This document shows, in pieces, positions 30,644 to 40,658 of a stretch of 64,000 nt of DNA. The stretch covers positions 140,679 to 204,678 of the forward strand of contig CAYPSS010000001.1 of assembly GCA_964413735.1 (NCBI GenBank), read 5' to 3'. Each line of letters starts with the position of its first letter. The stretch's first letter is position 1. The position numbers and the translations under genes are program-made. The notes beneath the pieces are model-generated. The model did no database searches. It was not told where the DNA came from and saw only the letters and a list, made by a program, of their open reading frames with translations. This stretch comes from an uncultured Gammaproteobacteria bacterium (GTDB lineage Bacteria; Patescibacteriota; Patescibacteriia; UBA11705).

Positions 30644-32524
30644 TTATTGATTTGAATTTTCAGGTTCAAGGTCAGTTTCATTTTCTAATGGTATTGTTTG
30701 CTCTGTGGGCGGTGTTTGCGGTTCAGCCGGTTTGCTTGGGTCAACGCCGATTAAACATACCGCTTGCCAGGGAACATAATGGCTGGTCCAAGTTTCTTCT
30801 TTTGTTTCGCCATTGGCATAAGTAATGGTTCGTTTGAAATAAGCATCTGCACCGGCATGTGCACTTTCCGTACATTTTTTTTCTCCTGGTTTCAAATCAG
30901 TTGATTCAATTAATTTGGTGGGGCCTGGTTGAGTGATATTGTAAATCACCGGCTTGGTTTGTTCAACCACTCGACCATCTTTTGTTCCCCACATTTCAAA
31001 AATCAATTCATTGCCTTGAATTTTGGTTTGGATCAAAATGTGGTGTGCGGTATCATTCACAAATCGGAAATCCGGTTTAGGATCATAAATTGTGGCATCG
31101 GTACCGGCCGGTTCATAATAACTGACACGATAAGAATGGTTACGTCTTTCGGTAATGGTAACGCCGGCATCAAGGGCCATACGGAAAGTGGTGGTTCCCA
31201 CTTGGCACAAACCGCCACCATATTCAGGGATAGTTTTATTTTCTTTGATTACCAGTTCCGGCAAATAACCGCTTTGGGCATCAATTGTTCCCAGTGTTTT
31301 TACCAAAGAAAATTCTTGTCCGGGTGCAATTAAGGTGCCGTTAACCGAAGCGGAACCAACACCGATATTGTGTCGGCGATTAGCCGGTGAGCCTGCAAAG
31401 TTTGATCGTCCCACTCCGATTAATTCTTTAATTCCCAGCGTATTGGCATCGGCGGTTTTTATTTCCGGTTCTGTTTCCTCTACTATCATTGAAATAACAT
31501 TGTTTTTATTTTCAATCACCTCAGAAATAATTTTTTGATAACTGGCATCAAAGTCGAGGGCTCGGCCATTAAGACTGGCTTGAAATTCTGTTACCTTGTT
31601 ATTTTGAATAGATATTTTGGCATTTTTTGCCGGACGATTGATTGATTGAGCCAGTGATTCTAATTGCCCTAGTAATAATTGGCGATCGAGAGAAATTATC
31701 GGTTCGTGATTTTCATTAGGAATTATTTCGAGCATTTTGGCAAAATCCGACCAACTGATTTTTTGTTCAAGTTCTTCATGTTGTAAAATCAATCCATCTA
31801 AATTTAAATAATCTTTAATTTGGTTTTCAAAAATTTTTATTTGATCGATTGATAAGGTTGGTTGTTGTGTTTCCAGAGAAATTTCTATCGGTTTATTATT
31901 GAAATTAATTAAATTATTTCTTACTTTTCCATTGATTTTAGAATAATTAAATCCATTTCCCGTTTGGCCATCGGAATATTCCAGAGAGTAGGTTTTGGTT
32001 TGTTCGTTGTGAATGGTGACTTCCAATTTCGGTTCATTGGCCGGGGATTCAAAAGCGCCGAATTCATTGCGTAGTGCATTTTCCAGTGCTAGCTCGTCTA
32101 TTTTAAATTCCATTTTTAAATCAATTTGGAAAAATAAAGCGGTGCCAATAGCATGAATGTTATTGAAAAATCCGGAGCGACGACCAATGCTTAGGGCAAT
32201 TTGAGCTAAATTTTTGTTATCGTAATTAACCCATGGAGTATTGTTATAAATAAAAGGGATTTGTTTTTCCACATTATTGTGGTGAATGGTAATGGCATCA
32301 TTAAAAACAGATATAATTTCTCCGGTAATCACTTGTTGCGCTTGCTCTGCTGTTAATCCACCAAGGTTAAAATTATTAATTTTAATTCCCGGGTAGATTT
32401 TCCCCTCATAATATTTGGCAAAAGCCAAGCCACTGCCACTGATTATTACTATCAATGAAAAAAATATAATGGCGATACGAATCAGCCATTTTTGTTTCTT
32501 GATATCTAATTTTGATAGATCCAT
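30644..32524 (-). CDS. VanW-domain protein (membrane-anchored)
   Basis: 626 aa; N-terminal TM, C-terminal VanW-like region (GGGLCQVGTTTFRMALDAG...). Confidence 0.7.
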   Translation of the reverse strand: MDLSKLDIKKQKWLIRIAIIFFSLIVIISGSGLAFAKYYEGKIYPGIKINNFNLGGLTAEQAQQVITGEIISVFNDAITIHHNNVEKQIPFIYNNTPWVNYDNKNLAQIALSIGRRSGFFNNIHAIGTALFFQIDLKMEFKIDELALENALRNEFGAFESPANEPKLEVTIHNEQTKTYSLEYSDGQTGNGFNYSKINGKVRNNLINFNNKPIEISLETQQPTLSIDQIKIFENQIKDYLNLDGLILQHEELEQKISWSDFAKMLEIIPNENHEPIISLDRQLLLGQLESLAQSINRPAKNAKISIQNNKVTEFQASLNGRALDFDASYQKIISEVIENKNNVISMIVEETEPEIKTADANTLGIKELIGVGRSNFAGSPANRRHNIGVGSASVNGTLIAPGQEFSLVKTLGTIDAQSGYLPELVIKENKTIPEYGGGLCQVGTTTFRMALDAGVTITERRNHSYRVSYYEPAGTDATIYDPKPDFRFVNDTAHHILIQTKIQGNELIFEMWGTKDGRVVEQTKPVIYNITQPGPTKLIESTDLKPGEKKCTESAHAGADAYFKRTITYANGETKEETWTSHYVPWQAVCLIGVDPSKPAEPQTPPTEQTIPLENETDLEPENSNQ

Positions 32525-32527
32525 ATA

Positions 32528-32749
32528 TTATTCATTTGGTTTAAGAATTTGATTAAGAATATCTTTAGCCAGCTGTTCGTTATTTTGGGTGGTTTTTTCA
32601 TCTTTGGCGATGGTGAAGGTCAGTGTATCGCCGGCGACACAGTCTGCCGGTAAATTATTTTTGTCCCAAAAAATTTCTTGACCGGTGGTTAATTTAATTA
32701 CGGCGAAATTTTCTTCCAAGCGATCAATTGTTCCTATTATTTTTATCAT
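32528..32749 (-). CDS. small DUF3006-like protein
   Basis: 73 aa; IDRLEENFAVIKL...G....LP....AGD.L pattern; 3-nt gap from the VanW gene. Confidence 0.4.
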   Translation of the reverse strand: MIKIIGTIDRLEENFAVIKLTTGQEIFWDKNNLPADCVAGDTLTFTIAKDEKTTQNNEQLAKDILNQILKPNE

Positions 32750-32754
32750 ATATA

Positions 32755-33279
32755 TTATTCATCTAGGTCAATGACATTTATTTGTACGCTGTCATTTTTT
32801 TGGACTTTGGTTAAAATTACTTTTAAGATCCCATTTTTGAAAGTGGCGATTAATTTTTCTCGATCCACTTCAGTTGGTAAAATCAAACTGCGAGAAAATT
32901 TCCCCCAATAGCATTCTTGATATAAATATTCGGCATTGTCATTTTTTTCTTCGTTGCGTCGTTCCCCCTTGATCGTTAAAATATCACCTTCCAATAATAA
33001 TTCAATATCTTCGGGAAACACTCCGGCCAAGGTGGATTTTATGACAATATGTTCAGGTGTTTGATATACATCAACGGTTAATTGCCCTTCATGCTGATCA
33101 ATATTTTCTTCTTTGGAAAAGGGTGAAACAAAGAAATCATAAGTCGGATCAAAGTCTAATTTTTGGTTGGCACTTTTAATATTGTTAATAAAAAAATTTT
33201 CCGCCGATTGATCGGAATTCATGGCATCTAAATGTTTTTGCCATAAAATTTTATCATTTTCCCGTGAGTTGGTATCCAT
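32755..33279 (-). CDS. small heat-shock protein (Hsp20/alpha-crystallin family)
   Basis: 174 aa; alpha-crystallin domain ...ILTIKGERR...GILKVILTK. Confidence 0.8.
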   Translation of the reverse strand: MDTNSRENDKILWQKHLDAMNSDQSAENFFINNIKSANQKLDFDPTYDFFVSPFSKEENIDQHEGQLTVDVYQTPEHIVIKSTLAGVFPEDIELLLEGDILTIKGERRNEEKNDNAEYLYQECYWGKFSRSLILPTEVDREKLIATFKNGILKVILTKVQKNDSVQINVIDLDE

Positions 33280-33393
33280 TGTTTTTATTTAATACACTTA
33301 TTATAAAAAAATTACTGTAAAATGTCAAAAAAAATCATATGCAAAAACCCCGAATTATCGAGGTTTTGCTATCAGTTCGGTTAAAAAACAAAA

Positions 33394-33690
33394 TTAATCT
33401 TTCATCGCCAGTTTGAGAGTGCTTCCCGGTTTGAAGCGAGCCACCTTGGTAGGATTGATTTGAATTTTTTCTGAAGGATTTTGCGGATTAACGCCTTCAC
33501 GTCCCTTGCGGGTAAATGAGGAAAAACTTCCAAATCCGGTAATGGTGACTTCTCCATCATTTTTTAATTCTTTGATAATAACATCTACCATAGCGTCAAG
33601 CATTTCTTCGGCTTGTTTTTTGGTGACCCCCACTTTGTCCGCAATGGAAGCGGAAAGAGCTGCTTTGTTCATATTTTTAAGTTCTGACAA
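33394..33690 (-). CDS. hup: DNA-binding protein HU
   Basis: 98 aa; MNKAAL...GFGSF...R.GRNP.T pattern. Confidence 0.85.
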   Translation of the reverse strand: MSELKNMNKAALSASIADKVGVTKKQAEEMLDAMVDVIIKELKNDGEVTITGFGSFSSFTRKGREGVNPQNPSEKIQINPTKVARFKPGSTLKLAMKD

Positions 33691-33731
33691 TTGATAATGA
33701 AATCATTGGCAATTGTCTTTATTATTTATAT

Positions 33732-34547
33732 TTAAACTTCTTGATATTCTTTTATTTTTTCTATATTCTCAGTTTTACCCGTCCTTGTATTTATTTTAGC
33801 AAAAATTCCGTTAATTAGGCAAATCCCATGAGTGGAAATGGTTTTCGGTAATTTGGTTTCACTGACAAAAGTCTTGATAATATTATCAAAGTTCATTCCC
33901 AAGCTGGAATGTTCTATTCCCACCATCCCGATATCGGTAATATAACCGGTCCCTTCCGGCATAATATAATCATCGGAGGTTTGAATGTGCGTGTGTGTGC
34001 CAAAAACTAAGCTGACTCGACCATCGGCATAGGCGCCGAGTGATTTTTTTTCACTGGTAGCTTCGGCATGGAAATCAAGTAGGACAATATCCGGTTTTAG
34101 GCTTTTGGTTTCCAATAAAATGTCATCTAAAACTTTGAAAGGGTTTTGAAATTTAATATCGGGATAACTTTCTTGGATGAAAACACGGCCCATTAAATTT
34201 ATTATTAAAATTTTTGTTGTTCCGATTTCCAACAATTTGTATCCCGGACCGGGGGTTTCCGGAGGGTAATTGGCCGGTCTGATTAAATTATGTTTAGCAA
34301 AAAGTTTTTGTAAATCGTCGGTGGTCTTGAAAATATGATTGCCGGAAGTGAAAAAATCAATGCCGATTTTTTCCATTTCAGATAATACTTTTTCATTAAC
34401 GCCAAAACCATGCGCTAAGTTTTCCGCATTGGCAATAATTAAGTCCGGTTGATACTTTTCTTTTAATTCCGGCAGTTTGGCAATCAGCGCTTGACGCCCC
34501 GGTCGCCCAACAATGTCACCGAGAATCAGTACATTGAAAGTGGCCAT
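33732..34547 (-). CDS. ymdB: YmdB-like 2',3'-cyclic-nucleotide phosphodiesterase (calcineurin-like metallophosphoesterase, TIGR00282)
   Basis: 271 aa; ILGDIVGRPGR, GNHIF, GTHTH motifs; same strand as and close to rny as in Bacillus. Confidence 0.75.
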   Translation of the reverse strand: MATFNVLILGDIVGRPGRQALIAKLPELKEKYQPDLIIANAENLAHGFGVNEKVLSEMEKIGIDFFTSGNHIFKTTDDLQKLFAKHNLIRPANYPPETPGPGYKLLEIGTTKILIINLMGRVFIQESYPDIKFQNPFKVLDDILLETKSLKPDIVLLDFHAEATSEKKSLGAYADGRVSLVFGTHTHIQTSDDYIMPEGTGYITDIGMVGIEHSSLGMNFDNIIKTFVSETKLPKTISTHGICLINGIFAKINTRTGKTENIEKIKEYQEV

Positions 34548-34701
34548 ATTTTTATATGTTAAATTATAGCAAATTAGGTAAAATAATACAAATATTAAAG
34601 GTAATGACGCTGTTAGGTTGTTATTTTGATTGTGATATGAAAATTTAATTTTATATAAAAGATACCCTTTGAAAAAGGGTATCTAATTTGTTCTAAGTAT
34701 T

Positions 34702-35145
34702 TTATTTGAGAGAATCAATCACTTTGCTTTCTATAACCAACTTTTCTAGATTATCTAAAAACGGACCGTAATAAGTATAACCAGCTCCACCTTCTTGAGC
34801 TAAATAAAATTCTTGATTTCCAGCGTGGAGTAATTCTGGTGATAGTATTAATAATTCCCCACCACATGGTCCATCCGCGTTTTCCGGACAGGCAATTTTT
34901 ATGGAGGCGATTTCATTTAACCCTAATTCGTCAGGAGCTTTCATTAAAAAGGAATTATTTGTACCAAGTGTTTCATAATTTACTCTTGTTTTATAGTATT
35001 CAATTAACGATTTTTGTGAGATTGATGTATTTATAGATGGTTTAGTTTTGATACCATTTTGGAAGTAAAAAACTCCTCCAATAATAAGAGTCACAATAAT
35101 TACAAGAATGACAAGTACCCCAACATTAAATTTTTTTTGCTCCAT
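34702..35145 (-). CDS. hypothetical membrane-anchored/secreted protein (147 aa)
   Basis: N-terminal TM/signal; between ymdB and rny. Confidence 0.45.
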   Translation of the reverse strand: MEQKKFNVGVLVILVIIVTLIIGGVFYFQNGIKTKPSINTSISQKSLIEYYKTRVNYETLGTNNSFLMKAPDELGLNEIASIKIACPENADGPCGGELLILSPELLHAGNQEFYLAQEGGAGYTYYGPFLDNLEKLVIESKVIDSLK

Positions 35146-35229
35146 AATTTAAAAAATAATTTAATTATTAACTTAATTATATACTAAATAAAAATCCTGT
35201 ACAAATTATACAGGATTTTTATGTTAATT

Positions 35230-36747
35230 TTACCGAGCGTATTCCACAATTCGATTTTCACGAATAATGATAACGCGAATTTCACCAGGGTATTTTAGTT
35301 CCGCTTCAATTTTCTTGGCTAACTCTTGAGCCAGTTTTTCCGCTTTTAAGTCATTGATTTCTTGCGGATTAACAAACACGCGGATTTCTCGGCCGGCTTG
35401 AATGGCGTAAGTTTTTTCCACCCCTTCAAATCCTTGGGCTAAAGTTTCCAATTCGGTTAATCGTTGCAAGTATCGTTCATAAGTATCTTTGCGTGCCCCC
35501 GGGCGTGCGCCGGAAATGGCGTCGGCTGATTTGACAATAATTCCTTCCAAAGTTTCCGGTTTGTCATCATGGTGTTGCATGGCCGCTTTGATAATTTCTT
35601 CCGGTACATTAAATTTACGGGCAATATCATAGCCGATTTCTGTATGAGTACCTTGGATTTCATGATCTACCGCCTTACCGACATCATGCAAAAATCCGGC
35701 CTTTTTCGCCACATTAACATCGGCGCCCAATTGTTCGGCCAGTAAAGCGGATAAATTTGCTACTTCAATTGTATGTTGTAAAACATTTTGACCGTAGCTG
35801 GTGCGATATTTCAAGCGACCGATAATTTGAATTAATTTCGGATCAAGTCCGGCAATTCCCACTTCATAAGCCGCATCTTCTCCGGCTTTTTGAATATCAA
35901 GGGCAATTTCTTTTTTCGCTTCTTGTACCGCATCTTCAATTTTTGCCGGATGAATTCGACCGTCGGTAATTAATTTTTCCAACGCTTTTTTCGCGACATG
36001 ACGACGAATAGGTGAAAAACCGGAAATGGTAATGGCTTGAGGAGTGTCGTCAACCACAATTTCCACACCGGTAATTTGTTCAATGGTTTTGATGTTACGA
36101 CCTTCACGGCCAATAATTCGGCCTTTCATTTCATCACTGGGCAAATCAATGGTGGTGGTGGACATTTCCGCGGCATGATTAACACTGCAACGTTGAATTA
36201 CATTGGCAATGGTTAATTTAGCGCGTCGTTCCAGTTCAGTGGTGGATTCTTGATCAAGTTTTTTAATTCGACTCATTAGAGTTTCTTGATTTTCTCGTTC
36301 GACGTTATCAAGTAAAACTTTAACTGCAGTTTCTTTGTCCATGCCGGCAATTTTTTGCAATTTGGCAATCTGTTCTTCTTTGATTTTTTTAATTTCTTCT
36401 TTAATGTTTTCAATTTCTTTGGCTTTATCTTGCAATTTGTTTTGCTTGTTTTCCAGTTCCAATAGTTTTTGGTCAAATAAGGTTTCTCGTTTTTCCAAAC
36501 GATTTTGCAAATTGTTTAATTCATTGCGACGATTGCGTTCTTCTACTTTGGCATCGTCAATGATTTTAATGGCTTTATCCTTGGCTTGAATCAAAATTTC
36601 TCGTTCTTTGTTTTTAGCCTCTTCTACCATTGTCTGGGTTTTAGCTTCAATGGAATTAGCTTCGGTTTGGGCGATTTTTTTTCTAATAAAATAACCTAAC
36701 ACTAAGCTGATCCCTGAGGCGAAAACTCCCAAAATCAGATAATACAT
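35230..36747 (-). CDS. rny: ribonuclease Y (TM + KH + HD domains)
   Basis: 505 aa; N-terminal TM, long coiled coil, KH GREGRNIK, HD motif HDVGK. Confidence 0.9.
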   Translation of the reverse strand: MYYLILGVFASGISLVLGYFIRKKIAQTEANSIEAKTQTMVEEAKNKEREILIQAKDKAIKIIDDAKVEERNRRNELNNLQNRLEKRETLFDQKLLELENKQNKLQDKAKEIENIKEEIKKIKEEQIAKLQKIAGMDKETAVKVLLDNVERENQETLMSRIKKLDQESTTELERRAKLTIANVIQRCSVNHAAEMSTTTIDLPSDEMKGRIIGREGRNIKTIEQITGVEIVVDDTPQAITISGFSPIRRHVAKKALEKLITDGRIHPAKIEDAVQEAKKEIALDIQKAGEDAAYEVGIAGLDPKLIQIIGRLKYRTSYGQNVLQHTIEVANLSALLAEQLGADVNVAKKAGFLHDVGKAVDHEIQGTHTEIGYDIARKFNVPEEIIKAAMQHHDDKPETLEGIIVKSADAISGARPGARKDTYERYLQRLTELETLAQGFEGVEKTYAIQAGREIRVFVNPQEINDLKAEKLAQELAKKIEAELKYPGEIRVIIIRENRIVEYAR

Positions 36748-37087
36748 ATGGATCTCTTAATATAAGAGAAGTGTTAGGCGAAAATAATTACAAAATTTAA
36801 AATTAAGAGGAACTCCCCCAAAAAAATGGTTGATTTAAGCTATCAAGCATTAATTTAATTGTGGTAATGAAGTTCATGGTAATTGTTATTTTTGCTAGAA
36901 TTAGGATAAAATACTTGTAATTGGATTTTCGTTCTAATACTTCCTTAACTTTTATTTATTTATTAACTAGGTGAATTTTAACACAGAAAATATTTATTGA
37001 CAAGTATTTGATGTTTTTTATGCAAAATAAGGAAAATTATTTTTTTGTTGACTTGTTCGAAAAAAGTATTACAATGAGGATAATTTA

Positions 37088-38728
37088 ATGGGTTCTTTAC
37101 AACCTCTAACGGAGGATATAACAATGGGTTGGCGAAAACGACATTTGCTTGGAATCACTGAATTTACTGTTGATGAAATGGCTTACATCATGCGAAAAAG
37201 TCGGGAAGTGGAAATTGCTTTGCAACGACACGATCAAAGAGGGTATCAGTTTATCACTGATCCTGATGTGGTAGTGGGTAAGGCGATGTTTGAAGACAGC
37301 ACCAGAACACGAATCAGTTTTGAAGCAGCTGCTCGTTTATGCGGTGCGGTTGTGGAAGGTTTTGATTCAGCCAAAGGCACTTCTTATTCCAATAAAGGTG
37401 AGTCAACGGCGCATACCATGATTATGCTAAATGAATATCGAGCCGTGGTTGCTTTTGTTAGACATCATCTTGATGGTGCTCCACGTCATATTGCGCAAGT
37501 AATGCAACAGCGACAAATGTGTGGTGCACCTTTTACCGGAATCATTAACGCTGGCGATGGGAAGCATGAACATCCCACTCAAACCATTTTGGATCGTTAC
37601 ACGATTTTGAAAGCATTAAATCGTTTGTCGCCAGATAGTGATCATCAATATTCATTGCGTGGATTAACTATTTTGCTCGCTAATGATCTGAAATATGGGC
37701 GAGTTCCACATTCCAATGTCAAGGATTTTGCCCGTGATAAAGTGCATTTTATTTTTGTGGCTCCACCGCAAATGCAAATGCCGGAAATGTATCTTCGTTA
37801 TATTGAAGAGTGTGGCAGCACTTATGAGATGCATGATCGTTTGGATGATGAAGTTTTGCATCGGCCTGATGTTGTCTGTATGTTCCGTAGTCAGTTTGAA
37901 AGAATGCCTCCGGAAATTCAAGCGGAATTACGGGCGACCAGAAATGATTTTATTATGACACCGGAAAAAGTAAAAGCCATGAAACGCGAAGCGATTTTGC
38001 TTCATCCTTTGCCGATTCCGCGCTGGGATCCGGAAATTCATCCGTTGGTTGATAATTTATCGCAAGCCATGTATTTTGAACAAGCCGGTAATGGTATTCC
38101 GACCAGAATTGTGGAAATTGCTTTAACGGCCGGATATTTGGGCGAAGATTTTGAGGGCCAAACTTTTGTGGAAGAAACAGAAGAAGATATTTTCTTTACC
38201 CAGCGTCCGCATGTGGCGCGAGAGCATGATGGTTTGCACAGTATTCGTCCGATTCAAGATGGGGTGGTAATTGATCATTTGCCACCCGGTGAAGAAATCA
38301 CTTTGCTCATGATGCTTCATCATCGAAAAGGCGATGAACATCGAATTGCGACGGTGGAAAAGAAAAACCATCCCGGACAATACAAAGGAATGTTGATGTT
38401 GCCGGGCCGTGAGCTGACGATTGATGAATTGCGATTGGTTGGGGCGCGCGTGGGTGGACGGTTAACGCATGGTGAACCGGTAACCGTCAATACCATTCGT
38501 GGCGGACAAGTGGTGCAAAAATTGGATTTGCAAATGCCGCGTGCAGTGGTAGGGCTTGGTTCATGTAATAATATTATTCGTGATGCGCAAGGTAATGTCA
38601 TGGGTGGTTGTATTGCCCACCCGTATTTCAATGAACATGCGACGCCTCATTTTGTACGCGTGGCGGAAAATCTTTATCGTTGTTGGTATTGTGACCAACT
38701 GCATCAAGCCAGTGAAATTTTTAGCTAA
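37088..38728 (+). CDS. pyrB: aspartate carbamoyltransferase catalytic domain fused to PyrI-like regulatory domain
   Basis: 546 aa; STRTR, HPTQ, RSQFER, HPLP motifs (1-330), then PyrI-like IQDGVVIDHLPPG and C-terminal C..C/CWYC zinc domain; alternative start 37124 (MGWRK) after SD acggagga. Confidence 0.75.
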   Translation: MGSLQPLTEDITMGWRKRHLLGITEFTVDEMAYIMRKSREVEIALQRHDQRGYQFITDPDVVVGKAMFEDSTRTRISFEAAARLCGAVVEGFDSAKGTSYSNKGESTAHTMIMLNEYRAVVAFVRHHLDGAPRHIAQVMQQRQMCGAPFTGIINAGDGKHEHPTQTILDRYTILKALNRLSPDSDHQYSLRGLTILLANDLKYGRVPHSNVKDFARDKVHFIFVAPPQMQMPEMYLRYIEECGSTYEMHDRLDDEVLHRPDVVCMFRSQFERMPPEIQAELRATRNDFIMTPEKVKAMKREAILLHPLPIPRWDPEIHPLVDNLSQAMYFEQAGNGIPTRIVEIALTAGYLGEDFEGQTFVEETEEDIFFTQRPHVAREHDGLHSIRPIQDGVVIDHLPPGEEITLLMMLHHRKGDEHRIATVEKKNHPGQYKGMLMLPGRELTIDELRLVGARVGGRLTHGEPVTVNTIRGGQVVQKLDLQMPRAVVGLGSCNNIIRDAQGNVMGGCIAHPYFNEHATPHFVRVAENLYRCWYCDQLHQASEIFS

Positions 38729-38735
38729 AATTAAA

Positions 38736-38758
38736 ACCTCGAAAATCGAGGTTTTTTT
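38736..38758 (+). terminator. intrinsic terminator after pyrB-pyrI fusion (cctcgaaaatcgagg + T7)
   Basis: perfect 6-bp stem + T-tract. Confidence 0.65.
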
Positions 38759-38962
38759 GTGCTCAAAGTTCAATAATTCGTATATTCGTGGTTTTTGTAT
38801 ATTTGTTTTCATATTTTTTACTCAGACTCTGAAACAAGTTCAGAGTGAGATAAAAAACTTTTCACTTTCACACTCGTTATGCTTGTCCTTATTGACAACT
38901 AAAAATATTATGTTAAGATAGTCAATCCGCCCAGAGCGGAGGTTCTTTGACTGGAGGTTGGT
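38759..38962 (+). repeat. about 205-bp upstream cassette (hairpin actctgaa/ttcagagt, TTGACA-N17-TAAGAT promoter, 5'UTR hairpin, SD), copy 1
   Basis: about 97% identical to 39653..39858. Confidence 0.8.
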
Positions 38963-39616
38963 ATGGGAGAAGTAGTAAGATTGATTAAGTGTCCGATTTG
39001 CAGAAAAACATTTTCTGGTAGAGACGTGTTTAAATCACACATTATGGATTGTAAAAAAAATCAAAATGTCTTGTTTGTAAAAAATGAATTTATGGATATG
39101 TTTTCTCCTGGGACTTGTATTTGGGTCCATCGTCCAGCATTGGAGAAGGATTATCCTCAATTTAGGGAACAGGTATATGCTTTTTTGAATGCAAACAATT
39201 ACATTGCTGGTCAGATCTTATTTTCAAATTGTGATATCCAGTTCTTAACGGAAGAAACATCACCAGATAATAAGAGAAAAAGAAAGCAATTTATTAAGAT
39301 GGTTTTTACTTTGGTGATTTGGTTCCCGTATAATGATCGCGATGATTATGATTATACAAATGGAGAAGATTTGGCGCTTAGTTTGTCAGCAACTTTTTCT
39401 GGACAATTTCATACTATTCAGAAATCTAAGAGGTTTGTTAAGTTGAGTACACGAACATGTTACCCAGAAAAACGTTATTTTGAAAGTGATTGTGGAATTA
39501 TCGTTATTTATGATAAAGACACAAGGGCACAAATTTATTTTGCCCGCCAAGCCTCTGATGTCAGAATGGACACTAATGCCTTTAGTGATTTCGTAGAAGA
39601 GATAATTCCTAAGTAA
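38963..39616 (+). CDS. N-terminal C2HC zinc-finger protein, family D (217 aa)
   Basis: IKCPICRKTFSGRDVFKSHIMDC (C-x2-C-x12-H-x3-C); paralog of 39859..40563 (about 25% identity). Confidence 0.55.
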   Translation: MGEVVRLIKCPICRKTFSGRDVFKSHIMDCKKNQNVLFVKNEFMDMFSPGTCIWVHRPALEKDYPQFREQVYAFLNANNYIAGQILFSNCDIQFLTEETSPDNKRKRKQFIKMVFTLVIWFPYNDRDDYDYTNGEDLALSLSATFSGQFHTIQKSKRFVKLSTRTCYPEKRYFESDCGIIVIYDKDTRAQIYFARQASDVRMDTNAFSDFVEEIIPK

Positions 39617-39652
39617 AAAACAAATTAGGCCAAGACAATGTCTTGGTTTTTT

Positions 39653-39858
39653 GTGCTCAAAGTTCAATAATTCGTATATTCGTGGTTTTTGTATATTTGT
39701 TTTCATATTTTTTACTCAGACTCTGAAACAAGTTCAGAGTGAGATAAAAAGCTTTTCACTTTCACACTCGTCATGCTTGTCCTTATTGACAACTAAAAAT
39801 ATTATGTTAAGATAATCAATCCGCCCAGAGCGGAGGTTCTTTGACAATGGAGGTTTGT
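39653..39858 (+). repeat. about 205-bp upstream cassette, copy 2
   Basis: near-identical to 38759..38962; starts right after terminator ccaagacaatgtcttgg+T. Confidence 0.8.
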
Positions 39859-40563
39859 ATGGGGAAAATGCTAACTAAGTTGTTTAGATGTCCTAATTGC
39901 AATCAGCCATGTTATGATGCTGAAAGTTTGCATGAACATAAAAAGACTTGTTCTCAATATAACTACATGAGGAATTTTTACGATAGAGTGATGAAAGAAT
40001 TTCGTTCGGAAGGTTGTTTGCTTGTTTCTCGTAGTGTGGTAGAAAAGGAATTTCCCCAATTGGCTTCCCAGGGATATTGCCATATCAATGCGGTTAATCA
40101 AGTGGCTTGTGAAATTTTGCATTTTGATTGTGATTGTCGAGTGGTTAAAAATAGTAAGAAAAAAAGGGTTGCCAATCATCGAGTACAGAAGGGCGTTTCC
40201 TCTGATATACCTATTTTTAGGCTTAAGTTGACTTTGATTGTTTGGTTCCCTTCATCTCCTGATAAAATGTTTTGTGATGGGAAGGATCAAGCTTTTAAAT
40301 TTGAAGCCAATTATCAGGGATCGGTAGATGAATTGTTTAAGGAACCGGATTTGCGGTATTTGTATGAATATGATGGCTGGGGTCCTGGTCGTGTGCAAGG
40401 GTTTGTTTGTGATGATGGTATCCGTTTCACCTTGTTGTCGGTGGGAAGTTTGGCTGATATTTTCCATGAAAACAACGCGAGAAAACGGGCGAAAATGGGG
40501 AGTGATAGAGATTATCACATGACTTCTCCACGAATGATTTTTTTTGATCGTCATATCCGATAA
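39859..40563 (+). CDS. N-terminal C2HC zinc-finger protein, family D (234 aa; start MGKMLTKL after SD ggaggt)
   Basis: FRCPNCNQPCYDAESLHEHKKTC; track ORF starts 18 nt earlier. Confidence 0.55.
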   Translation: MGKMLTKLFRCPNCNQPCYDAESLHEHKKTCSQYNYMRNFYDRVMKEFRSEGCLLVSRSVVEKEFPQLASQGYCHINAVNQVACEILHFDCDCRVVKNSKKKRVANHRVQKGVSSDIPIFRLKLTLIVWFPSSPDKMFCDGKDQAFKFEANYQGSVDELFKEPDLRYLYEYDGWGPGRVQGFVCDDGIRFTLLSVGSLADIFHENNARKRAKMGSDRDYHMTSPRMIFFDRHIR

Positions 40564-40658
40564 TATAGCATTCTATTAAATCAAGTAAATCAAGACAATG
40601 TCTTGGTTTTTTGGTATAAAAAAACACCTCCGATCAAGGAGGGTGTTTTTATTGGTAA

